64,000 nucleotides of DNA from an uncultured Ignavibacteriales bacterium (GCA_964523575.1 CAZGAV010000010.1:5466-69465); one strand, 5' to 3'. Counted from the first letter of the stretch, positions 34,904 through 46,400 are shown. Translations and numbers: made by a program. Notes: generated by a model not told the origin, from the sequence alone.

Positions 34904-36751
34904 ATGTCTGATCAATTAATCCTGTGGATAATCGTCATCGGCTACGTGTTGTTTGTCTTTATCAAGGGCGTCGTAAAAGTTCGGCAGGTCGGCAGTACCG
35001 ATGATTTCCTGGTGGCCGGAAGAAACGTCGGCTGGTTTCTGCTCTTTGCCACCATGGGCGCCACCGTTATCGGCGGCGGCTATTCGATCGGCGCTATCGG
35101 CAAAACCTATGAATGGGGCATCCTGATGCTCCTGGTTTCGACCGGGGGGTATTTCCATTTTATTTTCTCGGGGCTGGTGGTGGCGCCTCAATTTCGCAAA
35201 GCCGAACTATACACCGTCGCCGGGTTCTTCGGATATCGATTCGGTGAACGGCCCCGGTTTGTGATGCTGATACTCTCTCTGCTCTTCTCGGTGTTCATCA
35301 TCGCCGCCCAGATGGCGGCCTTCGGCACCGTGCTGACGGCCATCATGCCCCAGTATTCCAACTCGGTCGAGGTCCTTCGCTGGTCTATTATTATCGGCGG
35401 ATCGATGGTCGTGATTTACAGCACCGCCGGCGGACTTCTGGCCGTGATTCAAACCGACGTCTATCAATTCATCATCCTCTTTCTTGGTTTTGTCGTGACC
35501 CTGTTCTTCTGCGTTCCCGACATCGTCGGCTCCTATAATTCCGATACCGGCAAATTCGTGCCGACCAGATTCGGTTCAATCGATTTTATTAATTCCCGGC
35601 ACCTCGCCGACCGCATCCTGAGCGACGACGATTCGGTCTCGACCTATATCCGCACTCATATGAACCCCGACCGGCGGGCTTTTTTGAGTACGGCCGCATC
35701 CGATTCGGCTTCCGCGGCCGCTTTGACCGACAGCCTCAAGGCCGGGCTCAATACTGTCCTCGAGGACGAAAAGCTCTATCAGCCGGCCCGCTTCGCCGAT
35801 GTCAACCTCAGTCCCCAGACGCTGGAATACATCAAAGGCGACTATACCGGCGAGAGAGGCCGGCGGCGCCTTAATCTATCGCTTTTGCAGGACGCCTATC
35901 GCGAAGAGATCACCAAAAATCGCACCATCCCGGCCAATTTTTTCAAGCTTGAGGGGGGCAAGGGCTGGTTGTTTCTGATCACGACCTTTCTCGCTTTTCT
36001 ACTGGGGGAAACTTTCGCTCCCGGATACGCCACCCGGTACTGCATCGGCAAGGACGCCCGAAATACCCGGCTCGGTATCGCCGGCGTCGGATTTTTCCTG
36101 GCCTTCACATTTCCGGTCATCCTCTTTTTTATTGCTCTCTACGCCCGGATACATTTTCCCGATATCGACGCTCAGCAGGCTCTGCCGATGGTCGTCAAGC
36201 AGTTGCATAATCCGCTCATCGGCGGGTTGATGATCGGCGCTCTGCTGATGGCCGTCATGTCCTCGGCCGATTCGGCCCTCAATTCCTCGACCGCCATTTT
36301 CGTCAAGGATCTCTTCGAACATCAATTGGGCTGGCATGATAAAGACGACAAAAAAATGCTGACGCTGGCCCGGATATGTTCGGCCTTTTTGGGGGTCGCG
36401 GCCATTTTGATCGCCGTCCTCTGGTCCGACATAATCGGCCTCCTGCTGTTCACCTATCACCTGTGGGCTCCGGCGGTAATCCTGCCGGTCGTGGTCGGTG
36501 CTCTCACGAAAAGGAAGAACAAACGTCTGACTCAAAATATCTTCATCACCATGCTGTGCGCCATCGGTTTCAGCATGAGCTATCGTCTCCTGCTGTTTCT
36601 CAAAAACACCCTCGACACCGCCATCCTGCCGGATCAGGTTTACAAGATTATGGGTCAATTCGACACCTCCGTTTTCGGGGTACTGGTCTCCTGCATCGTC
36701 TTCCTGGGTTTGACGTTGTATGGGAAATACAGAAAACGGGAAACGGCCTGA
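34904..36751 (+). CDS. Sodium:solute symporter family (SSF) transporter with a large hydrophilic insertion
   Basis: DFLVAGRNVGWF, GGGYSIGAIG, AGGLLAVIQTDVYQF and ~13 TM segments. A ~130-aa polar insert spans roughly nt 35546-35940. Confidence 0.88.
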   Translation: MSDQLILWIIVIGYVLFVFIKGVVKVRQVGSTDDFLVAGRNVGWFLLFATMGATVIGGGYSIGAIGKTYEWGILMLLVSTGGYFHFIFSGLVVAPQFRKAELYTVAGFFGYRFGERPRFVMLILSLLFSVFIIAAQMAAFGTVLTAIMPQYSNSVEVLRWSIIIGGSMVVIYSTAGGLLAVIQTDVYQFIILFLGFVVTLFFCVPDIVGSYNSDTGKFVPTRFGSIDFINSRHLADRILSDDDSVSTYIRTHMNPDRRAFLSTAASDSASAAALTDSLKAGLNTVLEDEKLYQPARFADVNLSPQTLEYIKGDYTGERGRRRLNLSLLQDAYREEITKNRTIPANFFKLEGGKGWLFLITTFLAFLLGETFAPGYATRYCIGKDARNTRLGIAGVGFFLAFTFPVILFFIALYARIHFPDIDAQQALPMVVKQLHNPLIGGLMIGALLMAVMSSADSALNSSTAIFVKDLFEHQLGWHDKDDKKMLTLARICSAFLGVAAILIAVLWSDIIGLLLFTYHLWAPAVILPVVVGALTKRKNKRLTQNIFITMLCAIGFSMSYRLLLFLKNTLDTAILPDQVYKIMGQFDTSVFGVLVSCIVFLGLTLYGKYRKRETA

Positions 36752-36821
36752 GGATTCAGGTATGAAAATTAAAATCATTTCCGCAGCCGAAGGCGGCCAC
36801 ATTGAATAGGATGCAGGCATC

Positions 36822-37970
36822 ATGAACGATGATCTGAATGCCATCAGACACCGGCTTCATTCGCAGGCCGAACTCTCTGAGCACGAAAGCGCCACGGCCG
36901 CGCTGATCGGCGATTACCTGAAACAGCAATCGCCGGATAAATTAATCATCGGGCTGGGCGGTCATGGGCTGGCCGCGATCTATGAGGGGAAGAAGCCGGG
37001 TCCGAGGATATTGATTCGGTGCGAACTTGACGGCCTGCCGATCACCGAAACGACGGCGCTTGATTATGCCTCGAAAAACCGCGGCGCGGCCCATAAATGC
37101 GGCCATGACGGTCATATGACCATCCTGCTCGGCCTGTCGAGGCTTTTCAAAAAAGTCCGACCTGCCAATGGATCGGTGGTTTTGCTTTTTCAGCCGTCCG
37201 AAGAAAACGGCCGGGGGGCCGGTCGTGTTATCGATGACCCGCAGTTTCGCGAAATCACTCCCGACTATGTTTTCGCTCTTCATAACCTGCCCGGTTTTGA
37301 GCGCCATCAGATTATCGTCCGTGAGGGGGTCTTTGCCTCGGCCTCGAAGGGATTGATAATCAAACTGCATGGCGCCACCTCGCACGCCGCCGAGCCCCAG
37401 AAGGGCCGAAGCCCGGCCCCGGCGGCGGCGGCCCTGATTCAAAATCTCAGTAGCGCCGTGCAATATCATACGGCCCTTGAGGCGGCGGCCAAGGTCACGA
37501 TCATTCATGCCCGCGTCGGGGAGATCGCCTTTGGAACCTCTCCGGGCGAGGGCGAGGTGATGGCCACCCTGCGGGCGCATGACGAAGAGGTCATGGAAAA
37601 ATTATCAAAGCAATGCGCGGCGTTGGCCGAGCATATCGCCGGGACCTATGAACTGAAATATGAACTACAATGGGTCGAACCGTTCCCCTCGACGGTGAAT
37701 GACGGCAATTGCGTCGAGTTAATAATCGAATGCGCGGATGAGCTGGCTCTCGATGTCCATAAGCCGGCGACGCCGTTTCCCTGGTCGGAGGATTTCGGCC
37801 ATTTCACCGCGCTTTGTCCCGGGGCCATGTTCGGTCTCGGGTCCGGATTGAATCATCCCGCCCTTCATCATCCGGATTATGATTTCCCGGATGACCTGAT
37901 CGAAACCGGCGTGAAGATGTTCAAGGATATCATCGACAAGCTGATTGATGGTTACGATTGCCAAAAATGA
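36822..37970 (+). CDS. M20D family amidohydrolase (aminoacylase/hippuricase-like)
   Basis: IRHRLHSQAELSEHE, IRCELDGLPI, AHKCGHDGHM, LLFQPSEE and HNLP match the Ama/HipO/HyuC motif order. Confidence 0.88.
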   Translation: MNDDLNAIRHRLHSQAELSEHESATAALIGDYLKQQSPDKLIIGLGGHGLAAIYEGKKPGPRILIRCELDGLPITETTALDYASKNRGAAHKCGHDGHMTILLGLSRLFKKVRPANGSVVLLFQPSEENGRGAGRVIDDPQFREITPDYVFALHNLPGFERHQIIVREGVFASASKGLIIKLHGATSHAAEPQKGRSPAPAAAALIQNLSSAVQYHTALEAAAKVTIIHARVGEIAFGTSPGEGEVMATLRAHDEEVMEKLSKQCAALAEHIAGTYELKYELQWVEPFPSTVNDGNCVELIIECADELALDVHKPATPFPWSEDFGHFTALCPGAMFGLGSGLNHPALHHPDYDFPDDLIETGVKMFKDIIDKLIDGYDCQK

Positions 37971-37992
37971 CTGATGGAGGAAGCTAAGACAG

Positions 37993-39159
37993 ATGCGTCA
38001 CTCTTCATACATAGAATTGAGCCGTTCGGCTCTGCATAAGAATATCAAATTCCTCCGGGAGTATATCGGACCCGGAGTGGAATATTCGGCGGTCATCAAG
38101 GGCAACGCCTACGGCCACGGTATCAGACAGTTTGTGCCTCTGGCCGAGCAATGCGGGGTGCGCCGTTTCTCCGTCTTCAGTTCCGACGAAGCCCTGCTGG
38201 CTTCGGCGAGTACCGAAGCCGAAAGCGACATCTGTATCATGGGGGCCATCGACAACGGCGATATCGAATGGGCCGTCGAAAACGATATTTCATTCTGGAT
38301 TTTCGAAATCGACCGCCTTCAAGCGGCCATCAAAGCCTCGAAAAAAGTCGGGAAACCCGCCCGGATTCATCTCGAATTGGAGACCGGCCTCAATCGCACC
38401 GGATTACAGGACGGCCAATTATCGGAAGCAGTCGAGATCATCAAGGTCAATGCCGACCGCCTGAAGATCGAAGGCGTTTGCACTCATTATGCCGGAGCCG
38501 AAAGCGAAAGCAATTACCTGCGTATTCAGAAGCAGATCGAGGCCTTCAAGCTTCAATGTGATTCACTTCGGGGGCAATTACCGGCTCTCGGCCGACGCCA
38601 TTCGGCCTGCTCGGCCGCGGCCCTGATCTATCCTGAAACCCGGCAGGATATGGTCCGCATCGGGATTGCTCAATACGGTTTCTGGCCCAGCGGCGAAACC
38701 CGGATGCACTTCGTGCTGGAAAACGCCGGGAACGGAAAGAAACAGTTTCATGATCCCCTGAAACGGGTCATGACCTGGAAATCGAGAGTGATGAACATCA
38801 AGGAAGTCGGCGCCGGACAATTCGTCGGGTATGGGACGTCTTATATGACGACCGAAAAACAGAAAATCGCAGCCATCCCAATCGGCTATCACCATGGTTT
38901 CGCTCGCAGTCTGAGCAACCTCGGTCATGTGCTGATTCGCGGCCGCCGGGCGCTGGTGGTCGGGCTGGTCAATATGCACCTGATTATGGTCGATGTCACC
39001 CGGCTGCCGGATTTGCAGAAAGGAGAGGAGGTGGTTCTGATCGGCAAACAGAAAAAAGCCGAGATTACCGTCGGTTCCTTCTCCGATCTGACGCGTTTTC
39101 AAAATTACGAAGTGCTCGCCCGTCTGCCCTACAATATTCCCCGGATCATCGTCGACTGA
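37993..39159 (+). CDS. alr: Alanine racemase
   Basis: AVIKGNAYGHG (PLP-Lys), HLELETGLNRTG, THYAGAE, VGYGTSY, IPIGYHHGF and the C-terminal YEVLARLPYNIPRIIV. Confidence 0.88.
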   Translation: MRHSSYIELSRSALHKNIKFLREYIGPGVEYSAVIKGNAYGHGIRQFVPLAEQCGVRRFSVFSSDEALLASASTEAESDICIMGAIDNGDIEWAVENDISFWIFEIDRLQAAIKASKKVGKPARIHLELETGLNRTGLQDGQLSEAVEIIKVNADRLKIEGVCTHYAGAESESNYLRIQKQIEAFKLQCDSLRGQLPALGRRHSACSAAALIYPETRQDMVRIGIAQYGFWPSGETRMHFVLENAGNGKKQFHDPLKRVMTWKSRVMNIKEVGAGQFVGYGTSYMTTEKQKIAAIPIGYHHGFARSLSNLGHVLIRGRRALVVGLVNMHLIMVDVTRLPDLQKGEEVVLIGKQKKAEITVGSFSDLTRFQNYEVLARLPYNIPRIIVD

Positions 39160-39265
39160 CCTCATAAGGCAGTCGCTCCCTCGGTTGCAGGGAAAGGATC
39201 CGAGACCGCGATGATTCGCGGTGCGAGCGCCCTGATATTAATGATAAATACTATGGAGGTATGTT

Positions 39266-40777
39266 ATGTATGCAAGCAAACTTTTTTTGGGTCTATATAA
39301 TGATCGTCAGGAACATCCGGAACGCACCCATGCCACCTTCGAGAGAGTCGAGGAGGTATTGAGACTGGTTCTGGAAAATAAGGCTTCCGATATTATTGAA
39401 CAATGCTCCGCCGGGGTCGAGAATCGGCGGGCGGATCTAACCAAAGATCAGGCCGACCGGATCGCGGCCCTTATCGAGCGGCGATGCAGTATCGAGCAGG
39501 TAGAAGCCATCTCCGATCTTTTGATCGAAAGCGAAATATCGACGGCCGAGGCGATTGAAATTCATGAAACCTATAAAATCCCGGTGTCTCGCCTGGAAAA
39601 GGATATTATTCCCGTCCGCGGCGGATCGGCCTGGATTGTCGATAACAGGGGCAAAACCTATCTCGATATGGATTCCAATTACAGCGCTACCAACCTGGGT
39701 ATGAATAACCCGGAAATTGCCCAGGGCCTGTATAATCAGGCGATGCAGTTGATTTCCATGAAGGAAGACCGGGTGCATATTCCCCGGGCCCGGTTTTTAA
39801 AAAACATCCATTCGATGATGCCCGAGGGGCTGGGACATTTTTACTGGCAGAATTCCGGGGGCGAAGCGGTTGACAAAGCACTGAAAATCGCCAAAGCCTA
39901 TACCCAGAATAAGGGCGTCGTGGCCTTCAAGGGCGGTTTCCACGGCCGCACCCACGGAGCGGTGGCTGTGACCCATAACCTCAAATACCGTCAGCCGTTT
40001 TTCCTGGATAAAGAAGACTGGGTGCATTTCGTCGATTTCAACGACGCCGGGGCGGTTGAGAAATTATTTGAAAGCGGCGAAGCCCGCACCGTCATTCTGG
40101 AACTGATTCAGGGCGAAGAAGCCGGCAATCGTCCCGCCGATAAAGAATTTCCGGCGCAACTGCGGAAAATCTGCGATGACTATGGCGGCGTCATGATTGT
40201 CGATGAAATACAAACGGGATTCGGGCGCACGGCGGCAAAGGAAGGTCAGTGGTTCGCCTGCATGCGCTATGGGGTGACGCCGGATATTATAACCATCGGC
40301 AAAAGTTTCGGCGGTGGCTACCCGGTGACGGCGGTGGTGACCAATTCCAAAATCAGCGCCGCCATGAAACCCGGCTACGACGGCAGTACCTTCGGCGGTA
40401 ATCCCATGGCTATGGTGGCGGCGTTAATCGCCACCCGGCAGATGCGTGAGAAGAATATCACCCGCAATGTCGTGGAACGGTCGTCTCAGTTCGAAAAGGG
40501 GATGGCGGCTCTCAAAGAAAAACATCCTGAAATCGGCGGGGTGCGGACAACCGGATTGATGCTCGCCTTCGAACTGCCCTCGCCCGAGAAAGTGACCGAG
40601 TTTGAAACAGCCATGATCAAAAACGGCGTCAAGACTTCGCTTTCATCGGGATCGTTCGTTCGTTTTCTGCCGCCGCTGATCGTCACCAGAAACGATATAA
40701 CGGTTTTGCTCGATGCCATCGACAAGTCGGTCGCGGAAATTACCGGTAAGACGCCGGTGGCCGAAAAGGCCGAATAA
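39266..40777 (+). CDS. Class-III (acetylornithine/ornithine-type) PLP aminotransferase with a ~110-aa N-terminal extension
   Basis: NSGGEAVDKALKIA, FHGRTHGA, MIVDEIQTGFGRT, ITIGKSFGGGYP (PLP-Lys) and GSTFGGNP. The first ~110 aa are helical and acidic with no family I can name. Confidence 0.85.
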   Translation: MYASKLFLGLYNDRQEHPERTHATFERVEEVLRLVLENKASDIIEQCSAGVENRRADLTKDQADRIAALIERRCSIEQVEAISDLLIESEISTAEAIEIHETYKIPVSRLEKDIIPVRGGSAWIVDNRGKTYLDMDSNYSATNLGMNNPEIAQGLYNQAMQLISMKEDRVHIPRARFLKNIHSMMPEGLGHFYWQNSGGEAVDKALKIAKAYTQNKGVVAFKGGFHGRTHGAVAVTHNLKYRQPFFLDKEDWVHFVDFNDAGAVEKLFESGEARTVILELIQGEEAGNRPADKEFPAQLRKICDDYGGVMIVDEIQTGFGRTAAKEGQWFACMRYGVTPDIITIGKSFGGGYPVTAVVTNSKISAAMKPGYDGSTFGGNPMAMVAALIATRQMREKNITRNVVERSSQFEKGMAALKEKHPEIGGVRTTGLMLAFELPSPEKVTEFETAMIKNGVKTSLSSGSFVRFLPPLIVTRNDITVLLDAIDKSVAEITGKTPVAEKAE

Positions 40778-40788
40778 TAAATACCGCT

Positions 40789-41985
40789 CTATCGGTCGGA
40801 CGGCAAGAACTGCTGAAGGACGTCGAGATATTTATAGCCGCTACCGGTAATAAAAATAACTACCTGGTCGCTCGGTTTGACAAAACCCATCTCGACCAGT
40901 TTCAGCAAACAGGCCAATGAAGCGCCGCCTTCGGGCGATGAGAAAATACCCTCCTTCGAAGCCAGTTGACGGGTTTGTTCCATCAGTTCCTCATCGGTAA
41001 CCGACAGGGCCAGCCCGCCGCTGGCCCGGATGGCCTGAAGCATCAAAAAATCGCCGATGGCGCCGGGGACACGCAAACCGGCGGCGACGGTATGCGGATT
41101 GGAAAATTCCTCCGCATGATCGGCTCCATTTTCGAAGGCGCGGGGAATAGGCGCACAACCTTCGGCCTGAACCGCAATCATTTTTGGACGAGGGCCGCTG
41201 ATCCAGCCCATTTTTTCCATTTCGTCGAAGGCTTTCCACATCCCGATCAAACCGGTGCCGCCGCCGGTGGGATAGATGATCACATCGGGGAGACGATAAT
41301 CGAATTGTTCGGCCAGTTCGTACCCCATGGTCTTCTTGCCTTCGATCCGATACGGTTCTTTCAGGGTGGCAATCGAGAACCAGCCTTCGTCTTTGGTCCT
41401 TTGCGCCGCCCGCAGACCGCAATCTTTGATTGTCCCCTCGACCAGTTCAATCTGCGCACCATGATAAACGCCATCCACCAGAAACGGCGCCGGGACATCC
41501 TTGGGCATGATAATCAAACATTCCAAACCGGCTCGGGCGGCATAGGCCGCCAGAGCCGAACCGGCATTGCCGGCGGTGGGAATAATCAGTTTTTTGATGC
41601 CCAGTTCTCTGGCCCGCGAGACAGCCATGCCCAGTCCGCGGGCTTTGAATGATCCGGTCGGATTGACGCTTTCATCCTTGAAATACAGATTTGGAAAACC
41701 GATAGCCCGGCCGATTTGAACCGACGGCAAAAGCGGCGTGCCGCCTTCACCCAGCGTTACGATATTGGCTTCGTCTTTAACCGGCAGGAGTTCGCGGTAT
41801 TTCCACATGGAAAGCGTCCGCGTCCGGAGCGTAGCGGGATTCACCAGTTGTCCGGCCTTGCCATAATCATAATCGACCAATAGCGGCGCGCCGCATTGGC
41901 AGAGCGTCATGATGGAATCGATATCGTATTCGGCCCGGCATTTGGGGCAGTACAAATTCCTGACGGTGGTGTTGGTGGTCGGCAT
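40789..41985 (-). CDS. thrC: Threonine synthase (short form with N-terminal Zn-ribbon)
   Basis: CPKCRAEYD...CQCG, NPTGSFKARGLGMAVS (PLP-Lys), TAGNAGSALAAYAA, YPTGGGTG. Confidence 0.8.
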   Translation of the reverse strand: MPTTNTTVRNLYCPKCRAEYDIDSIMTLCQCGAPLLVDYDYGKAGQLVNPATLRTRTLSMWKYRELLPVKDEANIVTLGEGGTPLLPSVQIGRAIGFPNLYFKDESVNPTGSFKARGLGMAVSRARELGIKKLIIPTAGNAGSALAAYAARAGLECLIIMPKDVPAPFLVDGVYHGAQIELVEGTIKDCGLRAAQRTKDEGWFSIATLKEPYRIEGKKTMGYELAEQFDYRLPDVIIYPTGGGTGLIGMWKAFDEMEKMGWISGPRPKMIAVQAEGCAPIPRAFENGADHAEEFSNPHTVAAGLRVPGAIGDFLMLQAIRASGGLALSVTDEELMEQTRQLASKEGIFSSPEGGASLACLLKLVEMGFVKPSDQVVIFITGSGYKYLDVLQQFLPSDR

Positions 41986-42032
41986 TTATTTATCTCCCTG
42001 TCGGCGGCTGTTTATCATCCGCCGATGATTAA

Positions 42033-43202
42033 TCAGATCACAACCAGTTTTTCCTGAGGCGGCGCCAAAAAGCGCGCGCCGTTTTTTTCCAGGACAGCGT
42101 CCTCTTCCAGTCCGACACAGCCGATTCCCGGAAGCATGATTTCCAATTCGAGGGTAAAGACATTGCCTTCTTCCAGAGGCTGAAACGGCGTCGATCCGTA
42201 TCGTTCCCACTTAGGGCCAATAACGGCCCCGCCGTCATGGGCCCGACGCCCCAGTTGGTGCCCGAGAGCGTGCTGGTATTCCGGATAACTGCGTTCGGCA
42301 AGCCTTTGCCGCGCCAGAGCGTCCACTTCCCAGGCGGTCATTCCGGGACGGCAGAAGGCGGCCGTTTCGATAATGATATCCCTGACCAGATCAAAGGCCG
42401 CCGCAAGTTCCTCCGGCGGTTCAGTTTCACCCGGTTTAAGAAAATAACAGAGGCGCTGGAGATCGGAACAGTATTCATCGAGCCGAAGACCGAAATCGAC
42501 ATGGAGGAGATCACCCGGTCCAAGGACCGCCCCGGTCGGCTGACCATGGCCGGGCGATGATTTATCGCCGGCGTTGACGATCGTTGCAAAGGAATTGGTC
42601 CCGCCGGTCGCCGATATGCCATTGTCGATAATCTCTGCAATTTCCCGCTCGGTCATGCCGGTGGAAATCCGGGCCAAAGAATCCTCCCAGATATCGCAGG
42701 TTTTCTGCGCCGCGCGAGCCAGCAATTCGATTTCGACCGGAAGTTTGCGGCTCCGGAGTCGGGCGCAAATATCTTCGGCCGACACCAGGCGTTCGGCGTA
42801 GGGCGTACCCTCAAGGTATTCCAGCAATTGCAGATACATGCCATGAGTCAGACCATCGGCGGCCGGATTGTCGATCGAGAAATCGACGGCGATTTGACGC
42901 GGGTCGAACTTCTCGATCAATTGCCTGAATTGCTCGCGGGCGCCTCCGATGAAAGTATGAACTTCGGTGAAACGACCGCTTCCGGCAAATAGATCGCGGT
43001 CGAAATTTCCCACCAAGGCAACGGCCTGCTTATTTCGGGAATAAAGAAAAAAGGACTCCCAGGTGGCGTCCTCGCCGACCACCAGGGGCAGGACCGGGTC
43101 GGCCATCATCATCGTCTCCCGGACAAAAACCAGCCAGAGGTCGATGTCCAGTTCGTTAAGGAGACCATAAGCCTGATCGATTTTTTGCCTGATTATATCC
43201 AT
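42033..43202 (-). CDS. M24 family metallopeptidase (Xaa-Pro aminopeptidase/creatinase-like)
   Basis: HVDFGLRLDEYCSDLQR, HALGHQLGRRAHDGG, FTLELEIM and GLEEDAV are the pita-bread metal ligands. The start is ambiguous (43202 preferred; 43271 or 43415 possible), and no clear RBS is present. Confidence 0.8.
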   Translation of the reverse strand: MDIIRQKIDQAYGLLNELDIDLWLVFVRETMMMADPVLPLVVGEDATWESFFLYSRNKQAVALVGNFDRDLFAGSGRFTEVHTFIGGAREQFRQLIEKFDPRQIAVDFSIDNPAADGLTHGMYLQLLEYLEGTPYAERLVSAEDICARLRSRKLPVEIELLARAAQKTCDIWEDSLARISTGMTEREIAEIIDNGISATGGTNSFATIVNAGDKSSPGHGQPTGAVLGPGDLLHVDFGLRLDEYCSDLQRLCYFLKPGETEPPEELAAAFDLVRDIIIETAAFCRPGMTAWEVDALARQRLAERSYPEYQHALGHQLGRRAHDGGAVIGPKWERYGSTPFQPLEEGNVFTLELEIMLPGIGCVGLEEDAVLEKNGARFLAPPQEKLVVI

Positions 43203-43427
43203 AAGGCCAAAATAATCGCAGTCAACGTCGAGGACAACGACTAAATGACCAATTGTCAAGCTTTTGGCCATTGACCACGGGCTGTTCAATTTTTGCCCAG
43301 TGATGGCCGGCGGGATCGCGATGCCCGGTCGGCAAAAACCGGCCGTTTCCGGCCGCCAAGTGTTTAGAAAACATGAAGATAATCCGATATAAAGATTAAT
43401 CTCTGGTCGATTCAAAGATTCTATTAA

Positions 43428-46400
43428 ATGATGCGGACAACAATAGTAATAACAATGCTTCTCATGCTTGCCGCCGCAGTAGCGCCGGCGACAGGTTATT
43501 ATGTGTCGCCCGATGGCGATGATGCCAACGATGGCCTGACTCCCGGCGCCGCCTGGAAGGACATCGATAACGGCGATGTCAAAGGTCTTCTGGCGCCGGG
43601 CGACGTCGTCAATATCCTGCCGGGACTATATTCCACCACCGCAACTATCATGCTGAGCACCTCCGGCACCGAAACGCTTCCGATTACTTATCGAGGACCG
43701 GACAGCGGCGGAGTCATCGTCGATATGGGCGGGATCTCGGATGAAATCATCCAGATCGACGGCCATCATGTCAATCTGATCGGCCTGACCCTGACCAATT
43801 GCGGCCGCCACGCCATCCGCATCTACGGCGATACCTGTCTGGTCACCGAATGCTTTCTCCATGACTATGGTCTTCAGGGTATCGATGTTAACGGCGACGG
43901 CAATTTGATACAGAAAAATATCATGTATAACGCCGGCCAATGCGGTATTACCAACCGCTCCGGGGCCACCGGCAACAAATTTTATGGCAATACCATTTAC
44001 AATTGCGGCTATCAGGGTATCTGGATCGATTACACTGTCTATTCCTGCCGGGCTTTCAATAATGACATCGTCTTGTGCGACGAAGGTATTTCGGGGGCAT
44101 CATGGAATAAGTGCGGCTTTAACAACATCTGGAATTGCGCTTCCGGCAGCTACGTCGGTGGCGTTTATGATTCGGCCGGCGGTCTCGCAGTCGATCCTTT
44201 ATTCATGAATGCGGCGGGGGCCGACTTCAACCTGCAATCAGGTTCTCCGGTCATCAACAAGGGCATCGATCTCGGCTATTCATATTATGGCTATGGGCCC
44301 GATCTGGGGGCTTTGGAATACCTTCCGGAAATTCAACGAACCTATTGGGTTTCGCCGACAGGCAATGATCTGGCCGATGGATTTTCCGCAGCCACCGCCT
44401 GGAAATCTATTGATAATGGCGAGAAAAGGGGGATCCTGGTACCGGGCGATACTATCAATATCCTCCCGGGATTATATCAGCCGGCGGCGACGCTGGAAAT
44501 GATATCGAGCGGTTCGCCGACAGCGTCCATTGTTTATCGCAAAATCGGCAAGGCTTCGGCCAAAATCGACGGTCGCGCCACCATCAACACGCTGATATTG
44601 ATCGAGGGAGATTATGTCGAGATCCATGGTCTGGAATTGACCAACAACAAAGATCACGGAATTCATATCAAGGGTGACCACGGTCTAATTACCGGCTGTT
44701 ATATTCACGACATCGAAAATTTTGGAATCCGGCTCGAAGGCGATTCTATTCTGGTATTGAAAAATGTCATCGCTTTCACGCGCGACGACGGGATCCGAAA
44801 CGAAGACGCCTCTTACTATTGCCGCTACTACGGCAACACCATTTATGGTTGCACCAATGACGGCATGGAGCTCAAGAAGGGATCTTCCCGGGCTTTCAAC
44901 AACATCGTGGCCCAAAATGCGGTCGGTATCAAAGCCTCATCGACCGATATTTGCGCTTTCAACAATGTCTGGGGCAATCCGGGCGGCAATTACAGCGGGA
45001 CCGTCGATTCCGCCGGCGGTATTTCGGTCCTGCCGAAATTCGTCAATTCCGCCGCCGGACGTTATGACCTTCTGGCTTCCGCCTCCGAAATTGACGCCGG
45101 GCTGGACCTTGGTTATCCCTACAACGGGGCCGCCCCGGATATCGGCGCCTTTGAAAAATACAATGTCTATTATGTCAACCCCAGTGGTGACGATCTTCTT
45201 AGCGGCCGCACGCCCGACAGCGCCTGGGCCTACATCGATAACGGCGATTCTCTGTTATTTCCCGGCGACACCGTCTATGTTATGCCCGGCGCCTATACCA
45301 ACCGAGTCATAATTACGGACAGCGGTCTCGTTGATGACAGAATTGCCTATGTCGGCGTCAGGGATTCCTGCCTGATCGAAACGTCCGAAGCCGCCAACGC
45401 CGTCAGTCTTTTATCCGAATACATCCTCTGGTCGGGTATCAGCGTTCACAACGCCATATCCGACAACATGTATATCAACGGCGGCAACAATCGAATTGAG
45501 GCCGCCACCTTCGGGAGCGGAGGATCCTACGGCATTGATATCGCCGTCGGGCAAAACAATAACATCGTCCATAGTGTTTTTTCGAAAAACGCCCTGGCCA
45601 ATATCCACATTCACGACGACTATAATGCCATCTACAACTGTTCTTTTCTCGACTCCGCCGGCTATGGAATCGACGCTCAGGGGTATCAGCACCAGACCAT
45701 AACCAACTGCATCTTTCAAGGGACAAACGGCGAAGACGTGGCCGTGATTACCAATGCAACCTCATCGTTGACCTATTGCCTTTTCTATAATAACCTGGCT
45801 TCCGCCAGCGGCGGCATCGGCATGGGAACGGGATGTTTCGTGGCCGACCCGTTATTCATAGACCCTGCCGGCGGTAATTTCAGATTGCAGTCGCATTCCC
45901 CGGCCATTGACGCCGGGGTGTATGTTGGATTGCCGTTTGAGGGGTCGGCTCCCGATCGCGGCGCCTATGAAACCGGAATTCTCGATCAGTTGACGATTTC
46001 GCCCGTGTATGAATCGCTGAACGCCGATTCCCAGTATCGATTTGAAACCCTCGGATGGGACAGCGTTGGCTATCCGGCCGATCCCGGACATATAACCTGG
46101 TCGCATACCTTCGCCACCGGTAATATAAATGGCGCCGGTCTTTTTCAGCCGCAGATGATCGGAACAGGTGAAATTATCGCTGAATCGGATATCAATCTCA
46201 TCTCCGCGGCCTCGCCGACCATGACGGTGATTCCGGGCGCTTTGGATAATTTTGTTATAACCCCCAGCCGCGATACGATCTCGGCCGATGACACCAGACT
46301 TTTCACCGTCGCCGGATACGATCAGTGGGGCAATGAGGTGATCGAAACCGGATTACTGAACTGGCAGGTGATGAACAATATCGGCGTCATAGACGGCGAC

